Origin: Enoplolaimus lenunculus
Taxonomy: Eukaryota
Length of the DNA: 64,000 nucleotides
Reading direction: 5' to 3'
Assembly: GCA_030248215.1 (NCBI GenBank)
Contig: JASANG010000295.1
Coordinates: forward strand, 124,001-188,000
Positions 25,701-39,556 of the stretch are shown piece after piece. The notes under the pieces are model-generated. The model saw only the letters and a program-made list of their open reading frames with translations. It ran no database searches and was not told where the DNA came from. Within the stretch, counting starts at the first letter, position 1; each line of letters starts with the position of its first letter. The position numbers were made by a program, and so were the translations under genes.

Positions 25701-28700
25701 ACAAAACAAATGGAAGGTATGCGCCTAAAACACCCATCACGAACATTAGATTCAGTTAAAGCGGAATCGATTTAATAAAATTTCAAATCAAGCTGTTGAA
25801 GTTGCCACCTTCTTATTTATAAAGACATTTTTACTTTACATCACTATTATATATATAAAAATCCGCTTAGGGAACCCAAAATTGTGTAACTGAACTCTTG
25901 GCACATCACAATTAGCCGACCCGGCCGGGCCTGTAGCCCGAGGGGGTTCAAAGGATTCAGCCCCCCGAAAGAATTCTGGGCCACTAGAAAGTTTTCCACC
26001 TTGCTTGTAAGTCTTTGAAAACCCTTGAATGCCCCTCTTGAACAATATTTAGCCCTCCCTCCCCTAGCAATGTGAGCTGGCTACGTGCCTGACACCGATG
26101 TTGAAGCTCAAAATACTTCAAAAGTAGCACAGATTTTTTTGAGGAATTTGATTATTGATTTTTCAAAATCTTAAAACAATCAATGGCTGAACCTGTACGA
26201 GACTGAGGTCGTCGAAAAGTAGGGCATACCGAGAGGGGGTCGTGGCGTAGCTTCTCACTTGCTTTGCTCGCGAGGTTGTTAATTATTTGATTTTCGAAAC
26301 GTTTTACCTGTGGCGCTGTTCAAAGGAAAATTTCATCGCCAAATTCCCTAACCTATCAGCTCAAAGCTAAAGGTAAAACGTTGTGGAAAGCTTTACAGTT
26401 ACACAATTGCTTGACCGGGGCAAGCGAGCAAGATTCTTCACCTGGCTACGAGCTTTTTCTACACTGTTTTAAACTTCAAGACAAAAACGCGCCCACACCC
26501 TAAACTGAACTTCTGTACTAGAGTTAAAGTTACAATAGTGTGCAGGTTTTGGGCTCGCATCGTTCGCGACATGTTCTTCAAATCGTCCCACCTATCCAGC
26601 CCGCTAAAAACTTAAGAGGAACTAAAAGAGAACTCTGAAATGGGTCTCGGAGCCGACTAGAAAAACGTGACCAACCTCATATATCACTCCAAAACATTTA
26701 GATGTGTCACTGCTAACAGGGTTGTAAGTTCACTTTTAGATGGAAATCCAATACAGGCACCTGGCAGGACGCGGCCACCCTATTAAAATTTCATGGTACG
26801 CCACTGTTTGAAAGCTGTCGTTAACGTTACAATAAAATTGCAAAAAGGCTTAATGTATGTAGTAAAAACATATGATTCTCAATTTAATGTAATAGGTGGA
26901 ATTGTGGTTTTTACGGTTTGATGACTTCAGCCAACATGTTTAGGGTGAATGTAACATTTTTCAGATGGAAGATACGGGCGGATTTTGTAGTATTCAAAGC
27001 GAGGCGAAAACTTTTCCAGCAGACGGCGCACGAATATATTCTAGGTAGAATGTTGGAACGGGCCAGTAGCCAAAGGGGCCCGGGGGGGAGCCCCCTTCCT
27101 GGAAAAATTTTGGCCTCCCTAGAAAATTTCAACCTTGCTAGCAAGTCTCTAAAAACCCTTGAATACCCCTCCTAACAAATTTTCAGCCCTCCCATAGCAT
27201 GGTGAGCTCACTACGAGCCTGGGTCGGAACAAATTTTCCATGCTCAAATCAGTGGGCGGGGTGAGGTCGCAACATGCTCGTGTTTATCATTGCTCCTGAC
27301 TCACTGAGATGCGCCTTTGCCCGTTGACAATTCTACTTCCCATAACGGAACCCAAATGCGATTGATCTGAGACTTTTCGGTCAGTTCAATTTTGTTTACT
27401 CGATACGCAACGCTGTTGAACGACAAACGTTTGTCTATCCACGACTAAAACATAGCACCAACAGTCGTTGTTTTATCTTAACTCAACTGACCCAGGCCCG
27501 TAGCCAGGGCGTTGGCAAGGGGGACTCAGCTCCCTGGAAGAATTTTTACCCCATAGAAAACTTTTAACATTGCTTGTAATTGTTCGAAAACGCTTGTATG
27601 CCACTTCTGAAAAATGACAAGCCCTCCTCCTTGCAACGCGAACTGACTACAGGCCTGGACTGGCCGTGTTTCGAACTGTGTGTAGCAACTATCACCACTT
27701 GGAGCAACCGGAACAGTTCTTTTGACCTATGCAGGTTTGCTCTAAAGCTTGTAAAAGTGCTTTTTTAGTATTTTCCCAGAAATTTTGCGTGATATTCGCC
27801 CATGTCTAGTTGTATACGCCACTAGATAGCAATGGCGTTATGAACAAGAAAATTGTTTGGATTAAAAGTTACACAGTCACTAGCTGACTAAAGACGCTAC
27901 ACACATTGAAGAATACGGCTACGGAGTAGAAACGGTTTGTTTCTACGGTCAAGCCAACCTATACAAGTTGTAGCAATACTGTATGTAACAAAAGCTTGAG
28001 GTTACTCTTTTAGCGCTTTCAGGTTATATATTAAACTAAACAATTCAATAAGTCAACGCATATAAATGCATGCCCTGCGTTATTGCTGATAATCAACCTA
28101 GAGACGGTAAAATACCAGCATTGCCTCATCTAATTCTGTGAAAATTAAGACGGCCTAAATTTATCTGAGTAAAAAATAAGTTGCAGCCTGCTAAATTAGT
28201 TTTAGCATTGATAAAACTCATTGTTTACAAATATCATATGATGTTCGACATTTTTGGGTTAAATATCACATGTCAAGTTTAAAAATGTTCCCATGCTTCC
28301 TGTGAGTTTTCCTAATAAAACACAGCTGTTTCTATTCAGCTTCATGGCGAAGGTTCGGGAAGCTTGACTCGCCAGGAAGATCATTGTTTTTTAAAATACC
28401 CTTTTTAAATTTTCGATAACTCAACGCTTTCAATTTAAGCTGCAAGTGTAAGTTTTTGGTGGTAAGCCAACCACTGAGTTCCTTACCAAAAACTCGCCTT
28501 TATATGGAGGACGATTCGGACTGGTTCCCTCATTTGGTTTGCAAAAATTTAAGCGACCTTAAAGAAAGCTCCATAATTTTATAGCCTCCGAAACAACCAG
28601 GGGTAGACCAACCACAGGGGGCTAAACCAAAAATCCGTGATTCGTTCAAAAAGCAGAAAGTTTGGTTTTAGGCGGGCGGCTGGGCAACCAAAGGCACTGC

Positions 28701-30333
28701 CCAGCCACCATGGTTTGGTCCATTTATATGTGCCATTTTAGTTACTGACGTACAAAATCATGTGATTTGGGTAAAAAAGGGCGGACCTACCATGTGAGCC
28801 CTGGGTCTTCCACCAGCTTAATTTGACGCTGAGTTGACCCGATTGGATTTGTCTAGGAGATTTTCCAAAAGTACTCATGCTGTTTGTTGTTAGCTTAAGA
28901 TACTACATACCAAATGAAAATATCCTTCAAACGATACTTTTCCGTCGACTAAATTCTGAAATCGAAACAATAAATATCAACATCAAAGTTTTTTAGATGG
29001 GTTTAGTAGACTTAAATCAAAACAAAGGTTCGACGTAATTTCAAGAAACTTAACATTAGCAACCTCAACCTCAAAATTGTACGTATTGATACACCTGTAG
29101 CGGACCACGTTAACCTCGCTGCCGTCCCAAAATCCCACCTTTTTAGCACAAGAATTTGAGGTATGGTCGAAGGTGGGATTTTGGGTTTTGGGATTTCGGG
29201 ATGTGGTGAAGGTAGGATTTTGGGATTTCTGGTTATAGTCGAATGTGTAATTTTGGGATTTCGAGATATGGTGGAAGTCGGGATTTTGGGATTTTGAGAA
29301 ATGGTCGATGGTGGGATTTTGGGATTTTGGAATTTCGGGATATGGTTGAAGATGGAATGCTCCTGAAGCCTTAGCCTAAACATTAGCCTTAGCCTAAAGC
29401 CTAAGCTTAATCCTATTAAGCCTAAGCCTAAGCTGTAGCCTAAGTCAAAACCTAAGCCTATAGGTTAAAGTACCCATAAGTCTATTTCTAAGCTTACGAC
29501 AAATTCTACGTTTAAACGCCTAATTCCAAACTTAAGCCTAAGACGGAGCCTTGCCTCATCCTAAACCTAAAAGACGGAGCCTTGTTTAATCCTTAACTTA
29601 TTCTTGAACCAAAGGATGCCTAATCTTAAACCTAAACCCAAGCTTAATCGCTAGAAATTTCTTGCGATTGTTTCTGCTGAAAACACAAAATCCCGAAGAA
29701 ATACCAAAATCACAAAATCCAACCGCAAACAAAAGCTATCAATTTTTTAGCTGGGACAGTTGGTTTGGGACGGCAGTAAAGCATACATGACCCTTCATTG
29801 CTCGCATAATTACGCCGAATATACGACGAACTCGCGAAACAACACTGATGGCCTACCCTGTTCCTTAAGGAATTCTGGAAGTTTGAGTCTTCAAATAAGT
29901 ATTTCATTACTTTTCTTTAGTATTAGTCTAACACACATATATATATACATATACATGTATCCATTTGCAGTAGTGTATATTTTGAAAAACACATCAGCGT
30001 CAACCATGGCAATAATTTACGGTACGTAATACGTAAGTGCGTACAGGATCAACTTGGCGTATTTCAGCGTCCCAAATATGGATTTTCAGCATCTCGTTGC
30101 CAAATGCACTTGTGGGCGGAGGCAGTTTCAACGGAGTCCAGCCAGGATTTGAGCTACGTAGCGAGCGTATATCTAAACCTTGTTGAACAGTTTTGTCCGA
30201 TGCTAGAAACTTTTTTGTTGCCGCATCTTCGAGTTGTGAAAATACACACGCAAACCATTCATGTCGGATCACTTGAGGTAAGTTACTGTTTGCTAAAATC
30301 GATATAAATTCTTTTTGAGCTCTATGCAACAAT
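22714..30333 (-). CDS. Highly divergent Cys-loop (pentameric ligand-gated ion channel) subunit, orphan type; 5' end not located
   Basis: Phase-consistent exons (minus): ~30333-30045 (..LKIHIWDAEIRQVDP; acceptor uncertain), 28955-28911 (NLVDGKVSFEGYFHL), 27444-27305 (SWIDKRL..RIWVP), 25647-25455 (IHSDGRI..C-EFVLSEYPVTQAV-C, C-x13-C), 24874-24553 (GW..IHIERK, M1, M2, VPRI), 24001-23922 (M3), 22935-22714 (PPPH..QWTQLFAVLNCIAFLIFIIVYVVGLF, M4, stop). Confidence 0.88.
27492..27657. mobile_element. Short hAT-like MITE (CAGG..CGTAGCCAG type); one of many copies
   Basis: CCAGGCCCGTAGCCAG ... CTGACTACAGGCCTGG inverted termini. Similar copies at ~10045-10220, 25920-26092, 27060-27222, 32720-32880 and 48695-48860. 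Confidence 0.65.
29125..29360. repeat. Degenerate G-rich tandem repeat (~30-32-bp units containing GGTCGAAGGTGGGATTTTGGGATTT)
   Basis: About 6 recurrences of GGGATTTT(GGGATTT) motifs; explains the IPPSTISQNPK pseudo-ORF. Confidence 0.8.
29365..29650. repeat. Interstitial telomere-like (GCCTAA)n array, degenerate
   Basis: Many AGCCTA/AAGCCTAAGCCTAAG units. TTAGGC is the established telomeric repeat of C. elegans and many other nematodes. Confidence 0.8.
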
Positions 30334-31155
30334 CTGGTTACATGTATGAACCTTTTTATTCACGAAAACGCCTAGTCTATTGTCAACTGAACTAAATATT
30401 ACCCAAAACATATTCTAGTTGCATCAACAGCAATAATTCATTTTAGTTGATTAACTACATACATCAAGACTTACTAGGAGTAAATACAATGCTAAAACAA
30501 TAGGGGATCCATTGGGGAAGCGGGTGTACGCCATTCCAGGTGACTTCTTGGCACACCCCTGTGGCCGAAAGTAATTTTTATTGCCTAAAGCGTTGCCGCA
30601 GCGCAGTTTTAATAATCTAATAAATTAAAATGCTTGCAAATCGCACAACTATAAAAAGTCACGGCTCAAAAGCTTTTAATACACGAGTCAGTAACATTTT
30701 TACCAAAGGCAAGTATCAACCATCCCCATATCAAGAACCATTCAAACTAATTTATGCATGCCAAAAATCCTAAGCTCAGTTCTAATCACAATCCTAATCC
30801 TAAGCGTAATAATAAGATAAAAGTTCACGATTCGACGAGATTTCACTCAGATTACAAGTTGTCGTGTCAACGAGTTATCGGTTGGCGAGTTGCCGAGCGC
30901 CGAATTGTTTCCATCTAATGAACAAAGGTTATGAGACGCTTACGATCAGTTGATTTTATCCAATCACATTTGTCCGCTGATTCAACAGGCCTTGTTATAC
31001 AAAATACGATTGAGATAATAATGTTCAACAGCAACCTAATCCTGTACCGTTCCATATTGAATGTCCAATGAATTCAATTAATGTTTATGTTCACATATAA
31101 GTTACAGTACATTCAGGTTCAAGAAACCTTAAAAAACAATGTTAATACGAGTGTA

Positions 31156-31575
31156 CTGTATTGACCCGAATAAGACGGGGGTAATAAGAGGGGGGCCCCA
31201 TTTTGAGTCCCGATCAATAGGAGTCCGTATCCCTAATAAGAGTCCGTAAGCGGATAGAGTCAAACATTAATTGGAGTCCATAAATGTCAATTATCTCTAA
31301 TTGTAGCGCATAATTTGACTTCGAAACTTTAAAGCGTACTTAAGTTTTGAAAGTACATCCCTACGTATAACCTTGCATTATCGCTGAAGCTATTGACACA
31401 ACACAAATAAACGTTTAATTCAACGGATAGTTGCAGTACCGGATATATATCAGTAGCGAAAGGTGGCGGAGCGTGGGTTAAAAATAAATAACAGTCCGTA
31501 ATCGAATAACAAGGGGGATACCCTCTGAAGAGGCCAAATAAGTATCAGTCCCCCCTCTTATTCGAGTCAATACAG
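31156..31575. mobile_element. Tc1/pogo-like MITE (~420 bp), TA TSD
   Basis: TA-CTGTATTGACCCGAATAAG ... CTTATTCGAGTCAATACAG-TA; homologous to 34398-34838, 41439-41691 and 51219-51626. Confidence 0.9.
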
Positions 31576-33639
31576 TAGTCACAATTTGTTTGTTGCGACT
31601 TTCGAGCAAGCAATGCAAGCAAGAAATATTTATTAATTTCAAAAATACACAAGGCTACTAATTTAATATATGGTAGTTAAAGCGCTGTTTTTCTCGTCTC
31701 CACAAATTTCCGTGAGGAATATCAGCTTCTTCTTATGCCTAGCATGTGCTTGTATACGCCGATGATCGTGAAATAATTGCACCAGTCAAATAATACAATT
31801 AACCTTGATAAATCATGTGCTGTTTGTTTAAAAATTATCAAGTGAAATATTACTACTAACATAAAATTGGGTAAAGTTTTTTCTAAGGTTAATCCTGTTA
31901 AGTGTTCAACTGTAGTTATATTCTTGTCTTAAAATGATACTCCAATTTGAAATTAAATTCAAAGGATTCGTAGTGTTCAATGAATCAAAACCAAAATTTG
32001 CACTGTTTGAAAGCATTTGGTAGGTTGATGTGTCTGTTAATCACTAATTTCAATTCGGAAACAGGGAGCAAGGTATATAAGTACACACGAAACGATTAAG
32101 TTAGCGCATATCGCAATATTATCAGACCTGTAATCAGGTATGGGTAGTGGAAGCAAAGAAGTTTATAATGAGGGCAGAAACAACTTCGTAACACTGAGTT
32201 CGTTCAACGCTCCCGAAAAATCTTCGTGTTCAGGCGGTAAAGATGTTTGCATACGCGGCGCCAATTTTCCATGCCCTACACGGTACCTAAAAATTATCAG
32301 TTGAACGAACTTTAAAAGGAATCAACGTGTAAGCGGATATTTGTGTCCGTTACGGCTAGAAAACGGTGATGTGTTTCCGTTTCAGTCGTGAAACTGCAGA
32401 AAGTTGTGGTATTTTAGACTCTAAGTAAGTGGTAAATCACTAAACAAACTTTCAATACATTACTGGTGCAATTGTCTTTTGACTTGGAAGAAAAACAACA
32501 AAATTCACCCAAAACCTTAAAACTGTTTTTGGTTCATCCATTATCTTTTTCATGTTTCAGAAACCATTGTAAATTTAGGCTTACATTGGGTGAATTATCA
32601 GAAAAATAGTTTGTATGCGTTTCCATTATTTTTACTATGTATCTGTTACCATGAAACATCGATGTGACGGAAGAAAACATGAAAACGATTTTGTCTTCCA
32701 CATAAAATTTTCATGTATGTCATCCGGATCGTAGCCAGCTCATCTTGATAAGGGCTAGATTTTTTTCAGTAGGGGCAAACAATGATTTTCGATGACTTAC
32801 AAGCAAGGTTGAAATTTTTTTGGGGGAGGCAAATTTCTTCCAGAAGCGAGGCTTGATCCCCTTTCGGCTACGAGCCCGTATGTCATTATTATGCCAACAA
32901 ACCATAAGACGCTAGTCAGGGTTAAATTTTTAACAAAAAACTATATTTTGCGATTGAAGTAAAAATTCAACTAACTTTAAAAATTTAGTATCAAGATAAA
33001 TTCAAGTTGTTCTCGCTGTATTTTAACATACTCGTAGACGTATACCAGAGATGGCAGGAGTGATATATTTTTCTTTATAATTGTTGAAGAAACGAGAAAT
33101 AACGCACTTTTACTTGCTACAGCAAGAAGTTTTTGGATTCTAGAGCATGAAAAAAATTTCTCGCTCTCATTACGTTAGCTTTGTCAAGAAAACTTTTATA
33201 TGAGCCTTACCCTTTACCCCCCCGAAATGAAATCCTAACTACGCTGTTGTGCATCCTAAAATATTTTATTTCATAACCACTATGCTATTACGCAGCCTTT
33301 AAAGAAATAAGTATTTTTCCTAGACGTGGACTATTAATGTCTTTTACTGGGTTCAATGAGTTGTATTTCTTTTTGTACACAAATGAAAAATTGCGAAATA
33401 TTATTGCATAAAATTGCATTTAAAAACATACTATACAGCTAACGGCACATGACTGTGCCTTATTAAGTTATTTAAGAAAATTTCGATAATTTTTTCCTCA
33501 AAACCGGAGCAAAAGTGAAAACGAAACTCACCACCAAACCTATAAATTTAGCAAAAATATGCAAAATTTCTCTGCCAAAAATGCCGGAACCTCGGGCAGA
33601 AATTTTACCGGAGCAGATGTCGGAGCCGAAGGCAGCCCT

Positions 33640-33822
33640 CCGGTAGTACCCTGCCCTCTACGTTTAAAATTAAGGCTTAAGCTAAGGCTAAGGTTTAGGA
33701 AAAGGCTTAGGCAAAGAGTTCTGATTAGGCTTAAGCTTACGGAAATTTTTTGCGAAACCTAACTCTGAGCCTAGGCTTGAGATTAAGCCAAATCCTGCGG
33801 GGGGAAGTGTACAACAGACACC
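33640..33822. mobile_element. MITE with TTAGGC core, TIR type 3 (degraded)
   Basis: TTAAGGCTTAAGCTAAGGCTAAGG... core; right end GGGGGGAAGTGTACAACAGACACCG resembles the 9642-9826 termini. Confidence 0.5.
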
Positions 33823-34059
33823 GCATATTCAATCGAGCAATAATTAAGATTTGTTGATTCGCACTAATGTTTCAAACAGTTTACGAACCTTGATTGCGAG
33901 TGGTGAAAACCTTAACTGTAGATTTGTTCACCTGCAATATTTTGCATATGGACTTTAAAATTCTTGTGAGCTAAAAGTAACCTTATATAAACTTAAGCCA
34001 ATCTAACAGTACTAAACTAACATTCTTAGAATGATTAACCTAACCTGTAATGTTTAGGA

Positions 34060-34224
34060 TTGCGCTATACTTTTGTTGACATGCGGCGCCGTCCGCCACC
34101 CGCACGGTACCGTCCGGCGCCATGCATCGCCCGTACGGCGTCGTCCGTAACCCATACTGCGTCGTCCATCGCCGTACGGGTGACGGACGGGGAGGGACAG
34201 CACCGGACGTCAAGTATAGCGCAA
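34060..34224. mobile_element. GC-rich short MITE (TIR TTGCGCTATACTT) with GACGG/CCGTC motifs
   Basis: TTGCGCTATACTT ... AAGTATAGCGCAA inverted termini; a partial second copy lies at ~52965-53037. Confidence 0.75.
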
Positions 34225-34397
34225 CTCTTAGACTTAATACTAAAAATCACAAAATTAATTACTCTGACCATTTTTGACCAAACACCGGCTGTGGGGCATA
34301 TGACGAAAAAAGCCATACCTTCAAAATGTTCCTGTGCTGCACCAAATGTATTCTTGTGGGCAAACAATAGCCCAAATCAATTTTCGAAATACCCGAA

Positions 34398-34838
34398 CTG
34401 TAGTGACCCGAATAAGATGGGGGAAACTGATATTTATTTAGCGTCTGCGAGGGTACTCCCTTGTTATTCGGTTACGGACTATTATTTATTTTTAACCCGC
34501 CCTCCGCCACCCTTCGTTACTAATATATATCCTGTATTGCAACTATTCGTTGAAATAAACATTTATTTGTCTTGTATCAAAAACTTGAGAGATAATTTAA
34601 GGTTATACTTAGGAATGTGTTTTAAAAACTTAAGTATGCTTTAAAGTTTTGAAATCATCTTAATTTGGTCCTGTAGTCATGAATGCACTGTAATTAGGAA
34701 TAATTGTTATTTTTGTTGTCTAATTAAGATTTACGGACTTTATCAGCTTACAGACTCTTATTGCGATACTGACTCCTATCGATTTGGACTCAAAATTAGG
34801 ACCCCTCTTTTTACCCCCTCTTATTCGGGTCACTACAG
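34398..34838. mobile_element. Tc1/pogo-like MITE, TA-type
   Basis: CTGTAGTGACCCGAATAAG ... CTTATTCGGGTCACTACAG-TA; opposite orientation to 31156-31575. Confidence 0.9.
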
Positions 34839-37800
34839 TAAGATATGGAGTGAAATGCATATACGTAATTATTTTTAAATAAATTAGACGATTTGTTTAT
34901 TAACTTATTTGAATCTTGGAAATATAATGTTGAAAATTTTTTAGGGTTTACCTACAAATACAACTCTTGCCAGTGGTTTAACTCCGTATGAACGGGTTGT
35001 TTTCATATTTGATATTCCTGTACTTTTGTTTGCCATGCTAATCCAAATTTTTAACGGTTTTGAAATTTACACCCCCAGACTGCAATTACTTGGGCTTTGA
35101 GTAAATTGTGTTACTGTTGTAAAATTATGAAAACTTTAAAACGACATATCGGCTTGTTAAATAGTAAAATTAATCCTATCATTATAGTTCATTAAATATA
35201 TTTACTATAAAACAATAAAATATTAATAAAGAGCGAATTATTGTTTAATCCTTGTAAAATGTTTGGATAGAAAATAGTAACAAATAAACCCAGTACTTTG
35301 ACTATTTAAATGTCTCCTTGTTCCAAAATCACTTTTGTTGACCAAACATTCATTCATAAAAACTTCGCCGAAACCAACCCACGTTTTATCTTTGTTTATA
35401 CACATAAATGCTTAATCTTACGTAGTTAGCCATTACAGAAATTGACAATAGTTTCACACTAAAACTGCTATAATTTTGCAATTCTTAGCGAACAAAAAAA
35501 AATTCACGTTTAACCGCCATACCTCAAGGGTGTCCAGCGTTTGTTTTCTTTATACTTTTACACCATTTCTTCCATAAAAACGACGTAATTCTGGCGCTGT
35601 CTAATGCAATTTCCTATACACAAAAATCTAAATTTTTGCCTTGCGGGTGTCACGTTATTACGTTTCTACACACGCGTGTTTTTTGACAAATTTTCCTTTT
35701 CAAATTTATTTAAAATAAAAGCGTTTAGAAGTAATGTTTGCGACAAGTTTCCTCCCATCGGAAACAGCTGTATGTGATTGCTTCAAACTTTATTTTTATC
35801 AATTTTTCATCTTTTTTTGATACGTATGCTAGTGCACCTAAATGGTCGGTGAAATTAAAATGTATAAACATAAGTCTTCTAAGCTGGATTTATGTAAAAT
35901 TCCTACGTGCCACAGTGTGAACAGTGGAAAAAACACACTACAACTGACGTTCTTAGTCAGCTCAACATTAGGTCGTAGCCAGAGGTTGCACGGGTTCAGC
36001 AATTCCAGAAAAATTTTGGGTTGCTAACAAATTTTGGCCCTGTAAAGATCAGGACGGAACGTTTTTCTGCAGGACTGCAGCAGAGTAAGCTTATGCTTTA
36101 GACCAATTTTTTGCTTAGGCTTAGGTTTAGGCTTAGAAATATGCTTCGTCCAACTGACATCTTACGCTGACTACCAGTTTGGCAACATGTATATTTTCAA
36201 AGTGGGGTCAAACCTTTGTGATTTTCTAGGTGGCTATGAACGTAAGTACACTTTTTCAAAATGATTTCACCAAGCCACCAGATCCCGTATTTTCAAATGC
36301 ATGTTGCCCGTGTCAGTGGCAAGCTAAATGGTACCATGCCAAACGTGGATCGAGATCAGGAGAAAACGAAGAGTGCGTATTGCGGTAAACTTCAAACCGC
36401 ACCATTCATTGGTTTGAAAGTACCATTACTGGCCATAGGCACTCTCGCTACACGCATACAAAAATACTGGCCATGTGCTCTCGACTGAAATGCGTTTCGT
36501 TGAGAAACAAAAATGATATTGCTGCAGGAAACGGTTAAGCACAAAATGATTCAGTTGTTGTATCATTGCAAAAACCATTGACAACAATGTTGTATATATG
36601 TACACTTTAACAAGCTGCTGCACTAAAAAGAAAGTTTTAAGCTCTAAATATGTGATCGATTCAAATATATAAGGCAGTTCACTTAGATAGTGTTTTGAAA
36701 ATTGCTACTTCAAAAACTAAACTTAAATCTTAATACGATTTTTTCGAAATCCTTTGAAAATCCAGTCGAATTCAAACATTTAGCATGACATACTCAAATG
36801 TGTGCAGCACTCATTACCAGTTAGCATTGGTTTCTAAAAACAAGTAAAAGTACGCTTGTTTGGAAGCAGAGACAACCACATGAATGCTAGATGAGTCTTT
36901 CCATGTGACGACCATTATTGCAATTAATAGGTGTGATACTAATAGCGCTGTACGCAAAATTTTTCCGGTTTGTTTTAACGTCGATTACTATAAAATTCGT
37001 TATCCTACCAATCTTTTACTAAAATTTTTTTCTGATGGCAGAAATACGCCCTGTTTGCGCTATGCATCCACTAACGTTGTTTACGGCTGGTTAACAAGTT
37101 TTAAGTATAAATTTATTTAAAGATAAAAATATTGCATTGCGAAAAATATACTGTTTGCTCGATACAAATCAGAAGAGTTTAAACTACAACAATAGTATTG
37201 GTTATAAGTTGCTTAAAAGTGAACGAAAACTACAAAATTTAAGCTAATTATTGCAAGAAAAGTTTGTTAAATATTTCAGCTTTGATATTACGCCTGTAAA
37301 AGTTACTGCAAAACACGGTTCTGAGTGACGCACAAAAACTAACAAATATTCAACTTTGACGCTGCGTTAATCCTCGTCGGGTTGTGAAAAATACAAAAAA
37401 ACAGCGTTATTAACGTCAACAACAAAATTCAAACTTATACGCGAAGGGCGATCGAAGCTCAAACTATAAAATAACTATGGAAAATACAGATTTGGGATCG
37501 CACAAAACGTCAGATCCATTTTGGGAGAAAGCGTCCAGTCTTATAGCTGGGTAGAGATCGAAAAATCGTACGACCCATGAAGCTCCGATTCAAATCGTGC
37601 CAGGAGTTTAGATTTGATACAAAATGGAAAATTTTCATGTGAGAAAGCATTAAATCTATTATAGTTGATGAAAGTACAAATTGTGCAATGATGTTGAGAA
37701 TACAGATATTAGGCCCACTTAGTTAATGTTACCTGCGACTATATATACAAATGGCGTAATGAATTTTGCTAACCTAACATTTAGTGGCGTGAGCTTGCAG

Positions 37801-39556
37801 AATGCCTGATATATATTCCATTTCGAAAATTCTAGAAAAACGAGACAAAACTCACTTTTAAAGTCTTTACAGACAACTTTCGAATCAAACAATTGCGAAA
37901 GGAAATACAGCCATCTGACTCGCAACATTAGTAATGTTTTGTCCCTATCAAATAGGCTTCGGTACTTTTCTCTCTATAAGTAATATTTTGTTCCAGAAGC
38001 AATAACGTATATATATAGTGGAAGTAATTTGTACTCCCATCAGACTAAATAGCTAAACTTGATTTAATAACTAGTAACGGTGGAAACTGACTATATTAAT
38101 GGCAAAATTTTTACCATCTCATCTTATTGAAAAATTGTCTTATCAAACCAAATCATTTGCTTTCCACTGCTCAACCCTACCTAACTCAAAGTAGGCGATT
38201 TTTTCAGAATTGTAAATTTAAAAATGACTCACATTGTTGTTTTAGGTTGCACCAATAACTGAATTCTAATTCTATTAGCGTACCATCGATCTCAATGAAG
38301 ATGCTGACCCACTGTGAAGATCACGTGGTCATTTGCATATTTAGCATACTATGGCGTAGCCAGCATTTTATTTCAGCAGCGTATTGTGCCAGAAATAAAA
38401 CTGTTTTTACAAGCAAGCATTGCAGTTAGAAAAGGTTTTTGACATCTATTGGATCCAGAAAGTTTATTCCAAAGCCTGTTAAATTGTTTTTATCACTACA
38501 GAAGTTCAAAACTAATACGGGATCTGCATAGCAACAAATTTTGAAACGAAACCAGGTTTTACAAAATTTTTGATGAAAAAAATCAAAACTGGTGGTTTTG
38601 ACCACTCACCCCTAAATCCCCGCGTGGCTACGCCCTAAAAGGGATATTTATCTCTTTTTATGTAATCCTTTGAAAGTTGTGATTCTAGACGTTTATTGGT
38701 TACTGTCCAAATTTTAATAATTTCCATCTAACTTCTATGATTGGCTATATTGAATATCGATCTCTTAATCACATTATATGATTTGTCCGTCATTACTGTG
38801 CTGCTATATGACGCAACATTAAGAACCACATTCAAAACTTCTTTGCCGAGAAAAAAACACTGCACTATTTCGGGTATTCGGGAGCGTTGTTCAGATTGAA
38901 AGAGGATGCCCATCTTGTGTATCCCGCCATAATACGAGTCAAGTTTAAATGTTTGTATTCAAATGTAGTATAACCGAAAATTGCGTTTAGCTTTCGATCG
39001 GTTCGCTTGTGAACTTTACATCCCTATTATATATCACGTGCCACATTTTCAGAAAAACCTATAATCCGTCACGGTCCAGAAGCAACTCATAGACCAAGTA
39101 TTGATGACAGACACGTCGGTTATGAAAGTTTTTCGGGTTGGCCATCGGTCTGGTTTGGTGCCCTCCAAAAAATATAGTCACGAACCATTTTATTTCGACT
39201 CTGTATCAAAGTTTAAATCATACGTTTGTTGTGTTGCATGATACATGTTTGTTGATATGTTGGATGAAACTGTGTTTTAGTTTTTCTTTAGACAGCACGA
39301 GCTTGAAAAAAAACCAGTGACCAAATGTATTCGTATTGTAGTTTGCTTTGGCAAATTTTTGTAAGAATAAAAAAAGTTAAATAAATTTATGACTTTTTAG
39401 AGCGAAAAGCAAAATAGCGCACGTTTCTCCAGTTGCTAAGCGAATATAAATATTGGAACGCATTTAACGGAGAAATTACAGCAAACAGGGTTAAAGATAG
39501 CAAGCTGAAAATTTTTCGCTTAAAGATAGTATATAAACTGAAAATTTTTCGCTTAA

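Noticed and set aside
29012..29383. ORF with IPPSTISQNPK repeats
   Set aside because: It is a translation of the GGGATTTT tandem repeat; the real channel exon nearby is 28955-28911.
34060..34644. 194-aa ORF
   Set aside because: It is composed of two adjacent MITEs.
36261..36623. Candidate first (signal-peptide) exon of the orphan Cys-loop gene
   Set aside because: No frame gives a convincing ATG, hydrophobic leader and donor combination.
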